This document shows, piece after piece, positions 39,695 to 52,262 of a stretch of 64,000 nt of DNA; the first letter of the stretch is position 1; each line of letters begins with the position of its first letter. Origin of the DNA: Bugula neritina (lineage: Eukaryota > Animalia > Bryozoa); contig OZ037767.1 in NCBI GenBank assembly GCA_964035545.1, positions 9,434,581 through 9,498,580 of the forward strand, in the 5' to 3' direction. The notes under the pieces are model-generated. The model had not been told where the DNA came from. It worked only from the letters and a program-made list of their open reading frames with translations, and searched no databases. The position numbers and the translations under genes are program-made.

Positions 39695-40373
39695 ATATGT
39701 ACATATATATATATATATGTATAAATATATATATATATATGTTTGCATGAATCTGATGAATTTGTAGTCAACTGCTCATCTCATCGGATAAGGGTTTGGA
39801 GAAAGCCCTCACCTACCTCAACAAGGCTAAAGAAATAGACCCGTACTATGAAAACACATATACTCACCTTGGACATGTATATCTTAAACTGTAAGTATTT
39901 TTTTCATACTAAACTTTTTCCTCTGAAGCTTTGAGCTAACATTTAGTTACTATATAGTAAGTTTTTATTGAAAAACTGCAATGCTCTTTTGACTTGCAAT
40001 ACCTTATTGATTTACTAGAAACTAATTTTCTCCATACCACAATTTTGCATGTCTGCTATCAGCTATGTTTACCTATCTACATTGAAACTGTTTCGCGAGA
40101 GTTCAGTTATGCACACCAATCATCTTGGTAGAGTCATATAAAGTTTTAGTCAGTTATTTTAACAATATTAGTGATCGTCTAATATTTGTTATATACATTG
40201 TGATTTGTAGAGGCAAGATAGATGAAGCTCTGGAGAGCTACCAGAAACTTCTCGAATACAGCAGAAATGCTCCCGACGTTAAAAATGCTATGATGATGGT
40301 TAGCTCTGTCGAAGCTCAGCTAGAGATGAAAAAGAACTTTGCCCTGGAAGTTCCGAACATCTTTCAAAACTAA
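36128..40373 (+). CDS. TOMM70: TOM70-like, copy B (11 exons, apparently intact)
   Basis: Exon-for-exon match to copy A with conserved splice sites and the same stop. I saw no frameshift or nonsense change, and about a dozen amino-acid differences (LYPQ/LYTQ, PVLIS/PVPIS, HST/HFT, QMLIS/QTLSS and others). Confidence 0.88.
39568..39740. repeat. (TA)n microsatellite, expanded relative to copy A
   Basis: ~170 bp here versus ~25 bp at 22505-22530. Confidence 0.95.
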
Positions 40374-40937
40374 TAGCCAGTTCGGCTATCGTGATAGTGT
40401 TTCCTATTGGATCAACTCAAACAATCAAGCCATTGCATAAAACGTTACATGGCTAGTAGCATATGACTTAACTATCAACTTCTACCAACTGGAGTCTAGT
40501 ATATTGTGTAATTGGTCAGCTAACCAGAGTGGTGAAGTGACAGACAGCATTGGGCTTATACCCTAGCTGTTACCCAGCATTACTGGTGATAATGATCATG
40601 CTCAACTTTTCCCAGGTTGACAATGAAAATATGTTTTAGAAATTTTATTGTACTATAAGTATGTGCGCTATTATTAAAATAAATGTTGAAACTTTTAGTT
40701 TCCAAAAACATGGAGTGTAATGAGTGAAAGATAATTGGAGGTTACTTCTAGACTAATATATATTAATATACATGAAATTATTGTGAGATTCCTTTATAAC
40801 CACCTGGTTTATAAGCAAACAAACAAACTTCAAATGTCAAGTTCTATCACTTATATTCAGAAAAAACATGTCAAAACTAGTAGCACTGTGACTATTAATA
40901 CTAGGACTCAACTATTCCCACAGTGACTATTACTACT

Positions 40938-41147
40938 CACGTAACTTTTTAGTCACCATCTGTGTGAGAAAACCCCTCATGGAAAGGATTTTTGTTCTAG
41001 CGGGCCGAGGACTTATTTAAATGAGGGCAGAGAGGCAATTATCACTGGATGCTCCTACTAATGTCACCAATGTCCTTTGTAGGGGTTCAAACCCATGACT
41101 TCGTGATTACTAAGCAAATGCTCTAACCCCTAGAACATGACTGCTCT
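40938..41147 (-). mobile_element. tRNA-derived SINE (family A), duplicated copy
   Basis: Matches 23755-23965. Confidence 0.8.
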
Positions 41148-41270
41148 CTATAGTGATTATTACTACTCTGACTGATACATTTCAATTGTGACTGAACTAA
41201 CGTTACCTGATTCTGTATATTCTTATCCAACAACTCCTTCAAGTTATCAAGGTGCATCCACAGCAACTCA

Positions 41271-41468
41271 TCCCACTCAGTTTTCTCCAGAACTTCACTG
41301 ACCCCCATGCACTCGGTCAGTTAAGGGGCCCCACTCGCCACTCAATTCCCTGAGAGTACTTCAAAAAGACAAGGCCAAAACAGTTTAGAAAATAATTGCC
41401 CCCACTAGGATTCAAACCCGAGACCTCTGACTTGCAAGCACGTGTGCTAACCATTGCACCACGGGACC
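41271..41468 (-). mobile_element. Second tRNA-derived element (SINE family B or tRNA pseudogene)
   Basis: Minus-strand 41468-41398 reads GGTCCCGTGGTGCAATGGTTAGCAC...CTTGCAA...GGGTTTGAATCCTAGTGGGGGC. A/B boxes and D arm are present but the anticodon stem does not pair. Present only in copy 2, at a deletion breakpoint. Confidence 0.65.
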
Positions 41469-42229
41469 ACTGGATAAACTATTAACTACAGATGCAGGAC
41501 TAAGCACTGTTCAAGCACTAACAAGAATGTACCAGCACTTTCACTTTAAAATTTCAAACGTGCTAGCATAGCATGTTGACTACTGAATTTAGCAAAAGTC
41601 TTACCTTGTTGGTGAACACTAGACTGCAGTACAAGCCGTATTTGGTGTATGTCTTCATCTAGTTTTTCACCTTCTAAATCCATCTTCTCATACAAAAAAA
41701 ACAATAAAACTAAATCACTAAGACTAATAGTAATACTAACAGTACTGATAATAGTAAATGTAGTACTAATACTAATAGTAATAGTGACTAATACTAATAC
41801 TAATAGTTATAGTGAAATATTAAGTCTAATACTAATACTAATAGTAATACTAATAGTATTACTAGATAATTCAGTGAGTTTTCAAAAATGAGCAAAATAG
41901 CATAAAAATACATGTCTGGATAAAGGGAAACTATTACTATTTACTATTAGTATTAGTATAAGTATTAGTATTAGTAATAACTAATACTAATAGTAATAGT
42001 AATACTTATACTAATACTAATAGTAATAGTAATACTAATAGTTATAGCAATACTAATATTTAATACTAATAGTAATAGTAATACTAATAGTAATACTAAT
42101 AGTATTACTATTAGTATTAGTATTACTGTAATAGTAACACTTCAAGCTAGTGTTGATAACATTTAATAAATGTTAACTTACTAATACTTAAAAGTTATAA
42201 GATAAAGATTAGGAAGTAGAACTCCTTGG

Positions 42230-42611
42230 GCTTGTTACTTATATGATTATTATAATTATTACTATTCATTCATTTTTGACATTTAATCACGATGAATTCT
42301 CAAGGCTCAAAGTGAAAGTGCATGCACTAGGAAATGCTGCGCGAAAACTACGAATAAAAGCTCTGAAATATAACTAGGGTCTTCTGCTCCCAATTAAAAA
42401 GTTAGCGTAATAAGTCTCCTACTCAACACGAACATTTTACACCATACGACGTCGTGTGAATAAATAGGTCATATTATGCAATCTAATTATTTTAAAAATA
42501 CAAAAAAATACTGTAATTTATATTTTATTTAAAATACACATTTGAATGTAAACTTGGAAAATTATTTATTTGAAGGTCGTGTCCTAACAAAACTGTCAAT
42601 TTCACAAAACA
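42230..42611. promoter_or_regulatory. Probable bidirectional promoter, copy 2 (between the SNAPC4 relic and MRPS30)
   Basis: Homologous to 27140-27515, retains GCGCGAAAA, and lies immediately upstream of the MRPS30 ATG. Confidence 0.55.
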
Positions 42612-45600
42612 ATGGCTTCCTTGGCAAAAGGGTGCAAACTTTTTTTACGTCGTACTCGTAGTCCATCCCCATGTTATGCAGAAAACAAAGTAAAAGCAAG
42701 CTCACAGTTTTGCTATGCTGTACGTCTTATTAGCACTGAATCTGATAGTAACTTGCCACACATAAAGCCAAAATATCCTAAAGGTCAGTAATTTCTCAAC
42801 ACACTCACAGTATGAGTATCAGTATGAGTATGACTTAGACTATGAGATTGAGTATGACTATCTATCACTATGATACTGATTATGGCATTGAATTTGATAC
42901 TTTGGCTATGAGTATGGCTAGGAGTAAGACTAAGAATTACTATAGTATTACTATTAAAACTCCAACTGGCGACTAGCTCTAGGACTAAGAGTAACTGTAA
43001 GACTAAGAGTAAGAGTAGCTGCTGTTGGTATAAAGTAAAACTAAAAGTATGAGTATGACTATCAGTATGAGTATCACTATCAGCATGACTATAACTGTGA
43101 AAATCAATACAAATATGTCTATTAGTAATACTATTAGTTTTTGTAGCCTAGGAGTTGGTCAAGGCAAGGTGTAACTGAAGGTGTTAGTATAAACCGTAAG
43201 ACTTAGACTTGGACTACTACTACTTACTAGTAGTACTCTAGTTTTAGTTATATCATAGCTTCCAACCTTTTTCATGCCATTCCTTTCGTTCACAAATGTG
43301 TACTATTAGTAATTAATTTCTCCCCCAATTTGAAAAGCACATTTTTAATGACTGAGATAATGATCTTGGCAATGATAATGTCAATGTGCTATAAGTGTCT
43401 ATATTTGTATATTATATAGTATTTGATTATGACATTATGATTATGATAATTATTGTAATAATTCAAATTATATTATAATGCAATATTACATATATATGTA
43501 TAAAGCACGAAGCAGTTCAATTATTATTGTAATGGCTGCAACTGATGCTTTTGTGCCAGCTTACTAAGGCTAGTTTTTTTTACCATTTTGAAGGCTTGCA
43601 TTGATTATTTTATGAGAATCCTATCTCACATAAAATTTGATAGCTGGTGCTGAATAGCATCAAAATTCTGAGTGTTTTGTCTGCTATGTGTGGGTAGAGT
43701 TTTTTTGTTGACACCCAGAATTCATCAATGGCAGAGGTTTCTTTATATATTTGTTAACTAGCTCAATGAAATGCTTCTGTAACCCTTCTGTAATCTTATT
43801 ATGTTTAGAATTTTTTTCCTTTTTTAAAACTAGCTCAGGGAAGTACTGTTAAATATCTATTAAAAGTTTAAATGCTCAGAAATGTTTTAAAAAACAATCT
43901 CGAACAGTTTCTTTTCCTAATAATACATTTAGTGTGGAAATTATAACCAATTTTTCTTTTTAATCTTTTTTTTAACACTCGAAAATATATAATGTTTAGA
44001 TTCTGAGCTTTTATTTCCTGTGTTCTACTAAAAACTATCTGTTCAATTTACCAAACTTTTTCTTATTACTTTTATTCAGTTGAAATACAGAAACAATATT
44101 TACAGGCAGCTGGTATAGCTTTAGTTCTAAGAAAGCCTGGAACTGGTTCAAAGATGTAGATGCTATTGATAAGCTCCCTACTATTGAAGAACGACTGTAT
44201 CATAATATTGGCTCTAAATACCAACAGTACTATTTTGATGTAAAGCCATTCCAGCCTGACCCAACTTGTGTTGAATTTACTGAAGAAATAACCAAGTCAT
44301 GCCTAGACTCTAGTGTGAAAGCTGGCCAAACCACAGGTTGGTAAAAGTTAGTTCAGGTCCAACATTGTTTTCATTATATGAATACTTAGGGTTATTTTCA
44401 ATGATTATCATGGGCCACCTTCATAATTGTGTGTCTAATATTTACCTACGGTAGTGGGATGGAGTCAGAAAACTGGATCATAACATAGCGAATTAGTAAT
44501 ATTTTTCATGGTTTCAAAATAATACTAAAGTTAGTGTTCAGCTAACTTAGCTCTCTGCTGGTCGAATATGCAGTTTATTTAATTGATCTTTTAGTCTACT
44601 GCAAGTAAGCTTGTTCAACATATATATGTTTTTCTTTGACATTTGTTCTACAAAACACTTTGAGCTAAGCACTGACAATCAATAATTTCACATATGATAA
44701 TAAATTATTGGAAACTTTCTGCTAGTAATAAATATTTTAGCTGAAAATAGTTTTATATAGCAAAAATTAGAATATTTCATTCATGGATTGCTAAGTTTTA
44801 AATCTATACTTTTTCATGCATGTTGAAAACTGCTTATTACAGATATATAGTGACTAGTTCCCTGCACTCCTCTTCAGACAATGGAGGCTCTTACTTATGT
44901 TCAGTCAGCGGATTAGATCTCAGATAAATGTAGCTTCTTTTTCACAAAAGTCAGCCCAAAGGGGAAAATTATTACAGATCCTATAGAGTGTCTAGCTTAC
45001 AAGCCTCTGAGCACTATTCACCATACTCAATTCCTTCCCTCTGTTAGCTTCAGCAGTTTATAGTAACTACTTAGTCTGCTAGGTGAAAAATGCAAATGGC
45101 TTTTAATCAAATCCTACCAATCTGTTTATGAATAGCCAACCCATGCTATCTGTGGATTTTGTAGACATTGACTCTAGCAAATGGTTATCAATTACTACTG
45201 ATGTTCTTTCTACCATCAATGATGAATGTAAAAACATTGTAAGGTAAGAATTTCCTTTTGGTTTCACACAATCATGACCTCATACACTATGCTCCCATCG
45301 TTAGAATATATTTGTACTGGATAGATTTAAGGTTGTGGTAACATTAACATTGGTTCATCTGATTGAAAGTTCTAATTTCTAATTAACTTTGTGTTTTATA
45401 TGATCTAAAACTATTTTATAGAATTAGAGTTACTAATATACTTCATACAAGCAGCACACTTCACCCTGTGTCTTATTCTCTCTTGAACACCTAGACATAT
45501 TAAGATATAGTGCCAACTCTTTCACCAATCTATTGTCTACCTACAGCTCATGTTAATAATTTGATAATATTAATTCAGAACAATATTGTGATTTTAACTG

Positions 45601-48600
45601 GTCTGTAATCTAGCATCCAATCATAATTGCTCTTTTGCCACATGTAAATAATAAGTCCTGAGCTCGATTTAAAAAACCCTTTCTATCAGGGGTTTTCACA
45701 GTGATAGTGACTATAAACTAGCGTGAGTAGTAATAGTCACTATAGTAATAACTCAGCTGCAGGAATAGCGGAGTTTTTGGAATTTAGCTGATATGAAGTA
45801 TCCATGTCTTCTACTCATTAGAGATGCAGACTTGAGTAGTACTGAAGATGAGCAGAAGAACAGGCGGCACCGTTTACTTCTGGACAGCATCTTGAGACGG
45901 CTGCAGACAGTGCTGTCAGTAGAATGTCCGGACCTTGTTAGTTGTGACACTGAACGAGATGTCAACCTACAAACTCATTGGATTCGAGGGGGTGCTAAAA
46001 CACCTCTTCAATCATTCTGCCAGGTGAGTTCCAGGGCTAAACTCTAGAGCTCAGTATTTAGATGAACGATTCTTTAAGCATCTCCGAGTTGGGGTGACTG
46101 AATGCAGTAGTTTGCGGGTTCTCCAGTTTGAAGTTGGAAGTTTCAATTGTACTCCGTCACCCCCAACTCGGAGCTGTTGAATACAGTCCACTGAATACAG
46201 TCCAGCACTTTTTATTGTGCAAATAAGTGAGTCACAAGATTACAACATTATATTCTAGTATATAGCCTGTGAACACAGCTCTAGTTCACGAGGTTGGTGA
46301 TTCTGTGCGAATACTTTATAGGTAATTGTTAACTGTAAATGCATTGCTTCTCGTGTGTAGGTTGGCTATCGAGGAGGCCCCGTAAGGTACGGTTACAAAC
46401 AGAATACTGAATACCAGTTGAGGAGTCATATGCCCCTGTGCACTGTGAGTAACCCATAGTCACGCCTATCTAGCCTGTGTACCACTTGTTTGTTAGGTGA
46501 ATGTCAACCTTTCATGAATTGATACTAAATACTTAACATGTCCGTGACCTGCAAGTTTTAACTCTTTGCTGTGCAGAACCACCTGAATGGAGTGGAATCT
46601 CATGCCAAGCCACTAGATCCAGTTCCACCAGAGGAAGCTTTGCATGAGTATGCCGACTACCATGAGAGTATCCGCAAGGATCTTAACACAGGTGACTACC
46701 AGACTTGCGGGGGGGGGGGGGGGGGCCTGTTCAACAACCCACTCTGCCATCTACACTGTACTTTCATTGCTTCAAACGGATCCTGCTCGTGTCGGGTGGG
46801 AATGAAAAACCCATTCACATAATGCAAAGCAATGGAAGTGAAGCAATGAAAACGCAGTGCTTGACTGTACAAGATAAACATTTTATTGTTGATGTTTTGC
46901 TCTGTAACTCTTCGGAAAGTTTAGCATTGTAGCTTTAATTTGATCTTAAATTAACACTGATTGTTGTTAAATTTAAAGGTTATTTAGTCACTTACATAGG
47001 AAAGCCATTGGCATCTGGCGAGTGGTTAGAGCACTTGCCTAGTATATCATAGGTTAAAATCATAGTACTCATAATGATGTCAAAAAGGCCTCTGGCCTCT
47101 TGTGCTACTTTGACCATATTACTAGCATAGTCCTTAGCTAACATGCAAATTCTTAGTATCAAGAACTCGCAGGAGTGATTACTCGTCCTTATCTACCATT
47201 GTCATTCTCTGTCTCTAAGTAATAGTGCGCGCTATAAAATAAGTCTTTGTTTGTATTAATTCAGGTGGCTATAATGCTCACAAGAGAGGATTAACCAAGC
47301 ACTGCTACTCCATGCCACACCAACCTGGTTTCATGTACGGGGCACCTGCTGAATTTGTGAACCTCTCTCTGATCATGCCTACAGCCACAAGTGTGTCTCA
47401 AAAGTGGTGGGAAGATCAAATGGATGCGAAATGTCTGGAGGAGTCACTTGTGAGAGCTGGAATAGTTCACTCGTTTGCTACGGCCAATGCTGTAGCTCAC
47501 TATCAAGGTAAAGTTGTGTGCTAGCATTAGCCATCAGTACATTGCATCTTCTCCGCCTGCTTGTTTTGTAAAATACATTGTCAGCATTGTAATGTGATGA
47601 GTTTTCCAGGCTATGATATGCACCACGATCTAAGCTCTCCAATACTCACACAGACCTTAGTGTTTGATAAAAACACCTTCACTCTGATAACCTACCAGTT
47701 AAATACTCTCCGGCTGTTTGTACACGACGTGGACAACTGCAAGTATAATGCGTACAGTCACACTCGTCCTGTGCAGCTCTACCAAAGTATCACAGATGAT
47801 GGAACTGTAAGTTTCTTCTAATTAAACTTGAGGCTTTTGTCGAAAAAAATATTAGTTTTGCTTTTTTGCCCATTGATTCAATTTTTCAATCTGTTAGAAA
47901 AACCTTTACGACATTGTGGTAAATTTAAAGACAGCTGTGAGCAGAGACATTGTTGTGTAAAGCTGTCTGGTCAATATTGTGTTGATCAACCTCACTAGCT
48001 CAAGAGCAAAGTGTTCAAGTATGTGGCATATAATGTAACTCTCTACCTACCAGGTTTAACTTTAACTGTGGCTAGAAACTCAAGATATTTCTCTCAACAA
48101 ATTATAGACTCTCTTTATTGTTACAGATAGTTGGCTTCAACCCTCAGTGCATCAAGATGATAGGAGAGTGTATGTTGGCTAGCCTCGCACAAGGAGTTGC
48201 CGTAAATCCTCATCTAAATCAACAACAGATGAAAACTCCCTCTAGTGGTGACATTTTTCCGTATCTTCCAAAGTATCCTAGATTCTCAGACATCCCAGAG
48301 CTGCACCCTGGTTCAGCTTCCATACCCACATTCATTAGGTACAGTGTATGATAGTAATTACTCTCTCTAGCTATCAGTGTGTAGACTGTGAACACAGTGG
48401 TTGGATCGTGAGCTTTGTGGTGGGATTGTTACATGCTTCGCATGTACTTTTCATTTGATGTATGGAAACAGTTGCACCACAACCATAAGTCAAAGCAAAC
48501 TGCAACCACAAGTTCATTCTTACATCTGTACAGATTCATTGGAAGCAATAGAAATGCAGTGATATTGTATGTTCTGAAATCTATGCTGTATATCATAAAC

Positions 48601-49129
48601 TACCCATTGTGCATGTTAACATAATCTCATTAATTATGAATATAGATACAATAAACCTGATGAGCCAATGTCTGAATGGGATCTTCATCCTAAAGACAGA
48701 GCTCGGAGGGCAAAGGAAAGGAAGCATGAACACGAGTTTACCAAAGGGTATGAATCATTTACATATAAAGAATACAACTCCTCCTTTATTTAATAATTAT
48801 TCCGCACTGTATATATTTCTACTCTGTGTTATTTCGGTAGATAAACTACTCTTTGAGAAGCATATTTTGGCATATCAATGATTCTACAAGTGTTTTGTTT
48901 AGTTTTAGTATCGTGTTAGGAGTTGTCTTACTAGTGTTGAGGTAATGTAGTGTTGCTCTCTTACAGACCACTAAGTGATCGGGCAGAGCCACCAGCTCGA
49001 GGGAAAACCAAATTAGACTTGCACTTTGCTAAAGTTAGACAAGAAAAGAAAAGGCAAAGAATTGAATGGCGGGATGAAGTTCTAGCTTACAAGAAAACAC
49101 AAGAAATTGACAAGAGCAATGACAGTTAG
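42612..49129 (+). CDS. MRPS30: Mitochondrial ribosomal protein mL65 (MRPS30/PDCD9 family), 11 exons
   Basis: Exons ~42612-42783, 44106-44336, 45164-45243, 45822-46023, 46361-46444, 46578-46691, 47266-47507, 47610-47806, 48128-48338, 48646-48747, 48967-49129. Arg/Ser-rich presequence-like N-terminus; PHIKPKYPKGSW, LPTIEERL, HWIRGG, PGFMYGAPAEF, AHYQGY..DLSSPILTQ..YQLNTL, LYQSI..IVGFN. Confidence 0.85.
46050..46205. mobile_element. Small palindromic MITE-like element in an MRPS30 intron
   Basis: CTCCGAGTTGGGGTGAC (~46082) is inverted against GTCACCCCCAACTCGGAG (~46156), with weaker pairing extending outward. Confidence 0.6.
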
Positions 49130-51475
49130 AATAGTTTACTTGCAGTATATGTGTGTGTGTATCAGAGGGGTGCATAAGCAGTATAATGACTGACTGCCTG
49201 GGGGAGATTTCAGTGTTAATCTTGCAAGCACCAAATGTTGAAAAATCTAGAGTTGTGTTCAAATAAAAATAATGACAGTTTTGTAACCAAGCTTGGTAAT
49301 TATCTACATCTAGTTAATTTATAGATTTACTATTAACTGGTGAGATTTCTGGTGTGCTACTTTATATACAGTAAGCTGTTGGTGTTTTTGTCTGCTATGA
49401 TTTTGTATGTTAAACTGCATGCAAAGTAGCTATCAACTCTGAATGCATATAATCTGTTTGACTCTCTAGTCTAGCACCTTTGCTCTTTAATATATGACTA
49501 TCTGACTTTATGTGTAAATTATAAGAAAATATTTTATTGGTAATTTTCAATAAAAATATACAGTAAGTATCTAAATCAGTTTTTTGGTAATTTTTTAATT
49601 AATAAGTAACAAATTTGAAATCTCACTGATTTCTGCAAGCAGTATTTTGTAATAAGATTCACTTTAGAGTCCGTATTGGTAGAAGCTGCTACTGTGTGTT
49701 GTTCAAACAATTTCTAAATTTCGAAAAACCACTCAATGCACTAATAAATAGTAGTAATACTATATAATATATAGTTCGTGGTTAGCCTGCAAAAGTGAAG
49801 TATGTTATGAACCAACAGGGGCAGAAGGGCCACTTGTAGAGTGCGGTAATGAAAGATTTGGGCAAAGAGTTAGATAAATATTCCACCAGCTGTTGTGCAA
49901 AACTGCAATCAACCAAATATATACTATCAAGTTTTTCTAAACGGCCAGTTGCAACAGAACATCAGTCGACAGATTTTTTTATGGAACTTGCCTTACTCAT
50001 TGAGTTGACAGCCAAGCTTTTAAGTATGCATTACTTCTTTTAACACCATCATTACAGGAAGTAGGGATGCAATTAATGACCAGATCTAGCCTTATTGGTA
50101 ACTGAGCAAATGTCATCTCATTCTAATATTATCTATGTTTTAAAGAGCCATCATTATATAATTTGTCACAAAACTATTTAAAGATGCAGCTCCTGGTACC
50201 ACAAAACTTTTAAAATTCTATTTGCAGACACAGACTTTTTAGGCATTTTAATTTGCTCTATTTATATTGCGCAATGAGAACTTTTTGCAACAACTTTGTT
50301 CTAAAATAAACAATGTATATTATACTGATTATATATCCATGTAAATGGTTGCAGCTGACAGAAATAAGTTTTAAAACTTCACCCCTTTACCTTTGAAATG
50401 AAATATAACTGTATTCCAATTCAGCGCCATTTAACTTATTAAAAGTTAGTTGGTCAACCTGTTAGGCTGCTTTGGTGTTTTTGCAATTGAGTTGAAGTTT
50501 ATAAAATCGGTGTTCTGCAAATTTTTGTGCACGTCTTGGATGACGTTTCAGAGATAAAAGCAGCGAGGCGATGCTTCACAAACGGAGAAGACAATTCTCT
50601 ACTTTACTTGGGTTTTTCTGATATCTCACGTGGTTTTTTCGTATGGGTCAATGTCATTTTCAATGTGAGGCATTCAAACTAAAACTAAACTAACTTTCAA
50701 ACTAAAACACACTAACATTCAAACTAAAACTGACTTCAAGGCATAATGTTATGTTAATTTATATTTAGAGCTATGTTAATATCAATAAATTACCTATTAA
50801 ATAATTATAAAAAGGAAAAGTAAAAAGTGATAGGTTAATTTAAAAATGATGTCTTTGACTTTGAGTTTGAGTCAAAATCAAAATGAAAATAAATATAATT
50901 ATAATTTAATTTTACATTTTTAATTATAATCATTTTAAAGCTGAAAGTGAATTGAATTAAACTTGCAATTTGAATTTGAAGTAACACTATTTTATGACTA
51001 TCACTATGAATCTGAGTATGACTATTTCAATCTCTAACTTACTAGTTCAGTAGTTGAGTTACTAGCTTGATAGTTGATTATCATTATGATTATCATATTC
51101 ACTATGATGATGATCAATACCAATATGAATATGAAATTGAATACGAATATCATTTACTTTTAGGAACATTTTGATTTACTCTTAGCAACATCAGCATGAG
51201 ATCATGATTATCATAATTTACTAATTACACTTATAGTTATACTTATAGTCATGGTGACTATGCTTATGGTGGTAATGGTATTGAAATTATTGTCTATTGA
51301 TCATGATTCGTGAGTCATGGTGTAACTGTAGGTGTAAGTCTTGGGCTCATGCTTATACCTAATCTTATAATTATACTACTACTAGTATTGTAATGGATTC
51401 TCATCCTCTACTGTTCTGAAGTAACTGCGTGCGTCAGTATTATAATTACTGTTGCGTATGTTTTGAATGCTGTAA

Positions 51476-52262
51476 TGCCCATGACACACTACAGTCGAAA
51501 CTCGACTGTGGCGGCCATTTTAGAGCTGCTCGCGCATACCTTCAACGTCACGTCCTACTTTTTGCTGGTCACACTACAGTTCACTACAAACGATGAAAGC
51601 TAACTGTCTCTAGCCCCGCAGTAAACTTTTAACCAATAGGAATGCCATAACTCAGTTTCTGCAGTATCCACAGTAACCAGCAATCAAATTTAGCGCAATT
51701 TATTGAGATTTACTGGCATAATTTAATAAGATTTACTAGTTATTTTAATTCTAGTTTACTAGTTTCAATTATTCAAAATTACTAGCTTTATTTAATGAGA
51801 TTACCTAGCTTTATTAAAGCTCATTCACTAGCCTAAAGAACTAAATAGTACGCTAATAAAATTCAACCAAATTAGAAAAAACTAAATATGCAGATAAAAT
51901 TTAGCAAAATTTATCTAATAAATACTTATTTTCATAATTTATTGAGACTTATACATAACTTCATCATAATTATTTTAAAAGTAAAATAATATAATTTTCG
52001 AAGAACCAAATCAAATAATAATGCTCGCTAGTAGCACGTGGAAAAAGTAAAAGCACTTAACCAATCAGGGCTTACCTGGCCAGTCAGTGATTGGCTGATC
52101 GCTCAACTTCAGCGTTCAGCGTTCGACATGTCGAACTTTCATCGCATCGCTAAAAACTGACAGTTGCGTTCAGAAATCAGACAGTTGTGACGTCACAGAG
52201 GTCAGCGCTTAGCCTCGAAAACGCGTTCAAAATGGCGTTTCGACTGTAGTGTGGCAGCCCCA
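51476..52262. mobile_element. PIF/Harbinger-type MITE
   Basis: TAA on both flanks. Imperfect TIRs: TGCCCATGACACACTACAGTCGAAAC versus the reverse complement TGGGGCTGCCACACTACAGTCGAAAC. No ORF. Confidence 0.8.

Larger units (their letters stand above)
32683..41683 (-). pseudogene. Fragmented SNAPC4 pseudogene
   Basis: Relics of exon 1 (41605-41683), part of exon 3 (~41207-41270), part of exon 10 (34310-34490), exon 11 (~33670-33795), a deleted exon 12 (~33219-33412) and part of exon 14 (32683-32777). Exons 2, 4-9, 13 and 15-20 are absent. Confidence 0.88.
32683..45864. repeat. Tandem segmental duplication, copy 2
   Basis: See copy 1. Carries internal deletions (for example 34490/34505 joins SNAPC4 exon 10 to intron 3) and private insertions. 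Confidence 0.92.

Noticed and set aside
41398-41468. Functional tRNA-Ala(TGC)
   Set aside because: The anticodon stem does not pair, the acceptor stem is imperfect, and there is no adjacent T-run terminator.
32683-45864. Duplication as a pure haplotype-assembly artefact
   Set aside because: Reciprocal pseudogenisation, private deletions and insertions, and a unique junction are not expected of alleles. A read-depth check is still advisable.
46709-46725. G17 run as a functional G-quadruplex or poly-Gly exon
   Set aside because: An intronic homopolymer just after a donor site, with no further support.
48900-49130. snRNA-like or other ncRNA in a GC-richer patch
   Set aside because: Better explained as the in-phase terminal coding exon of MRPS30.
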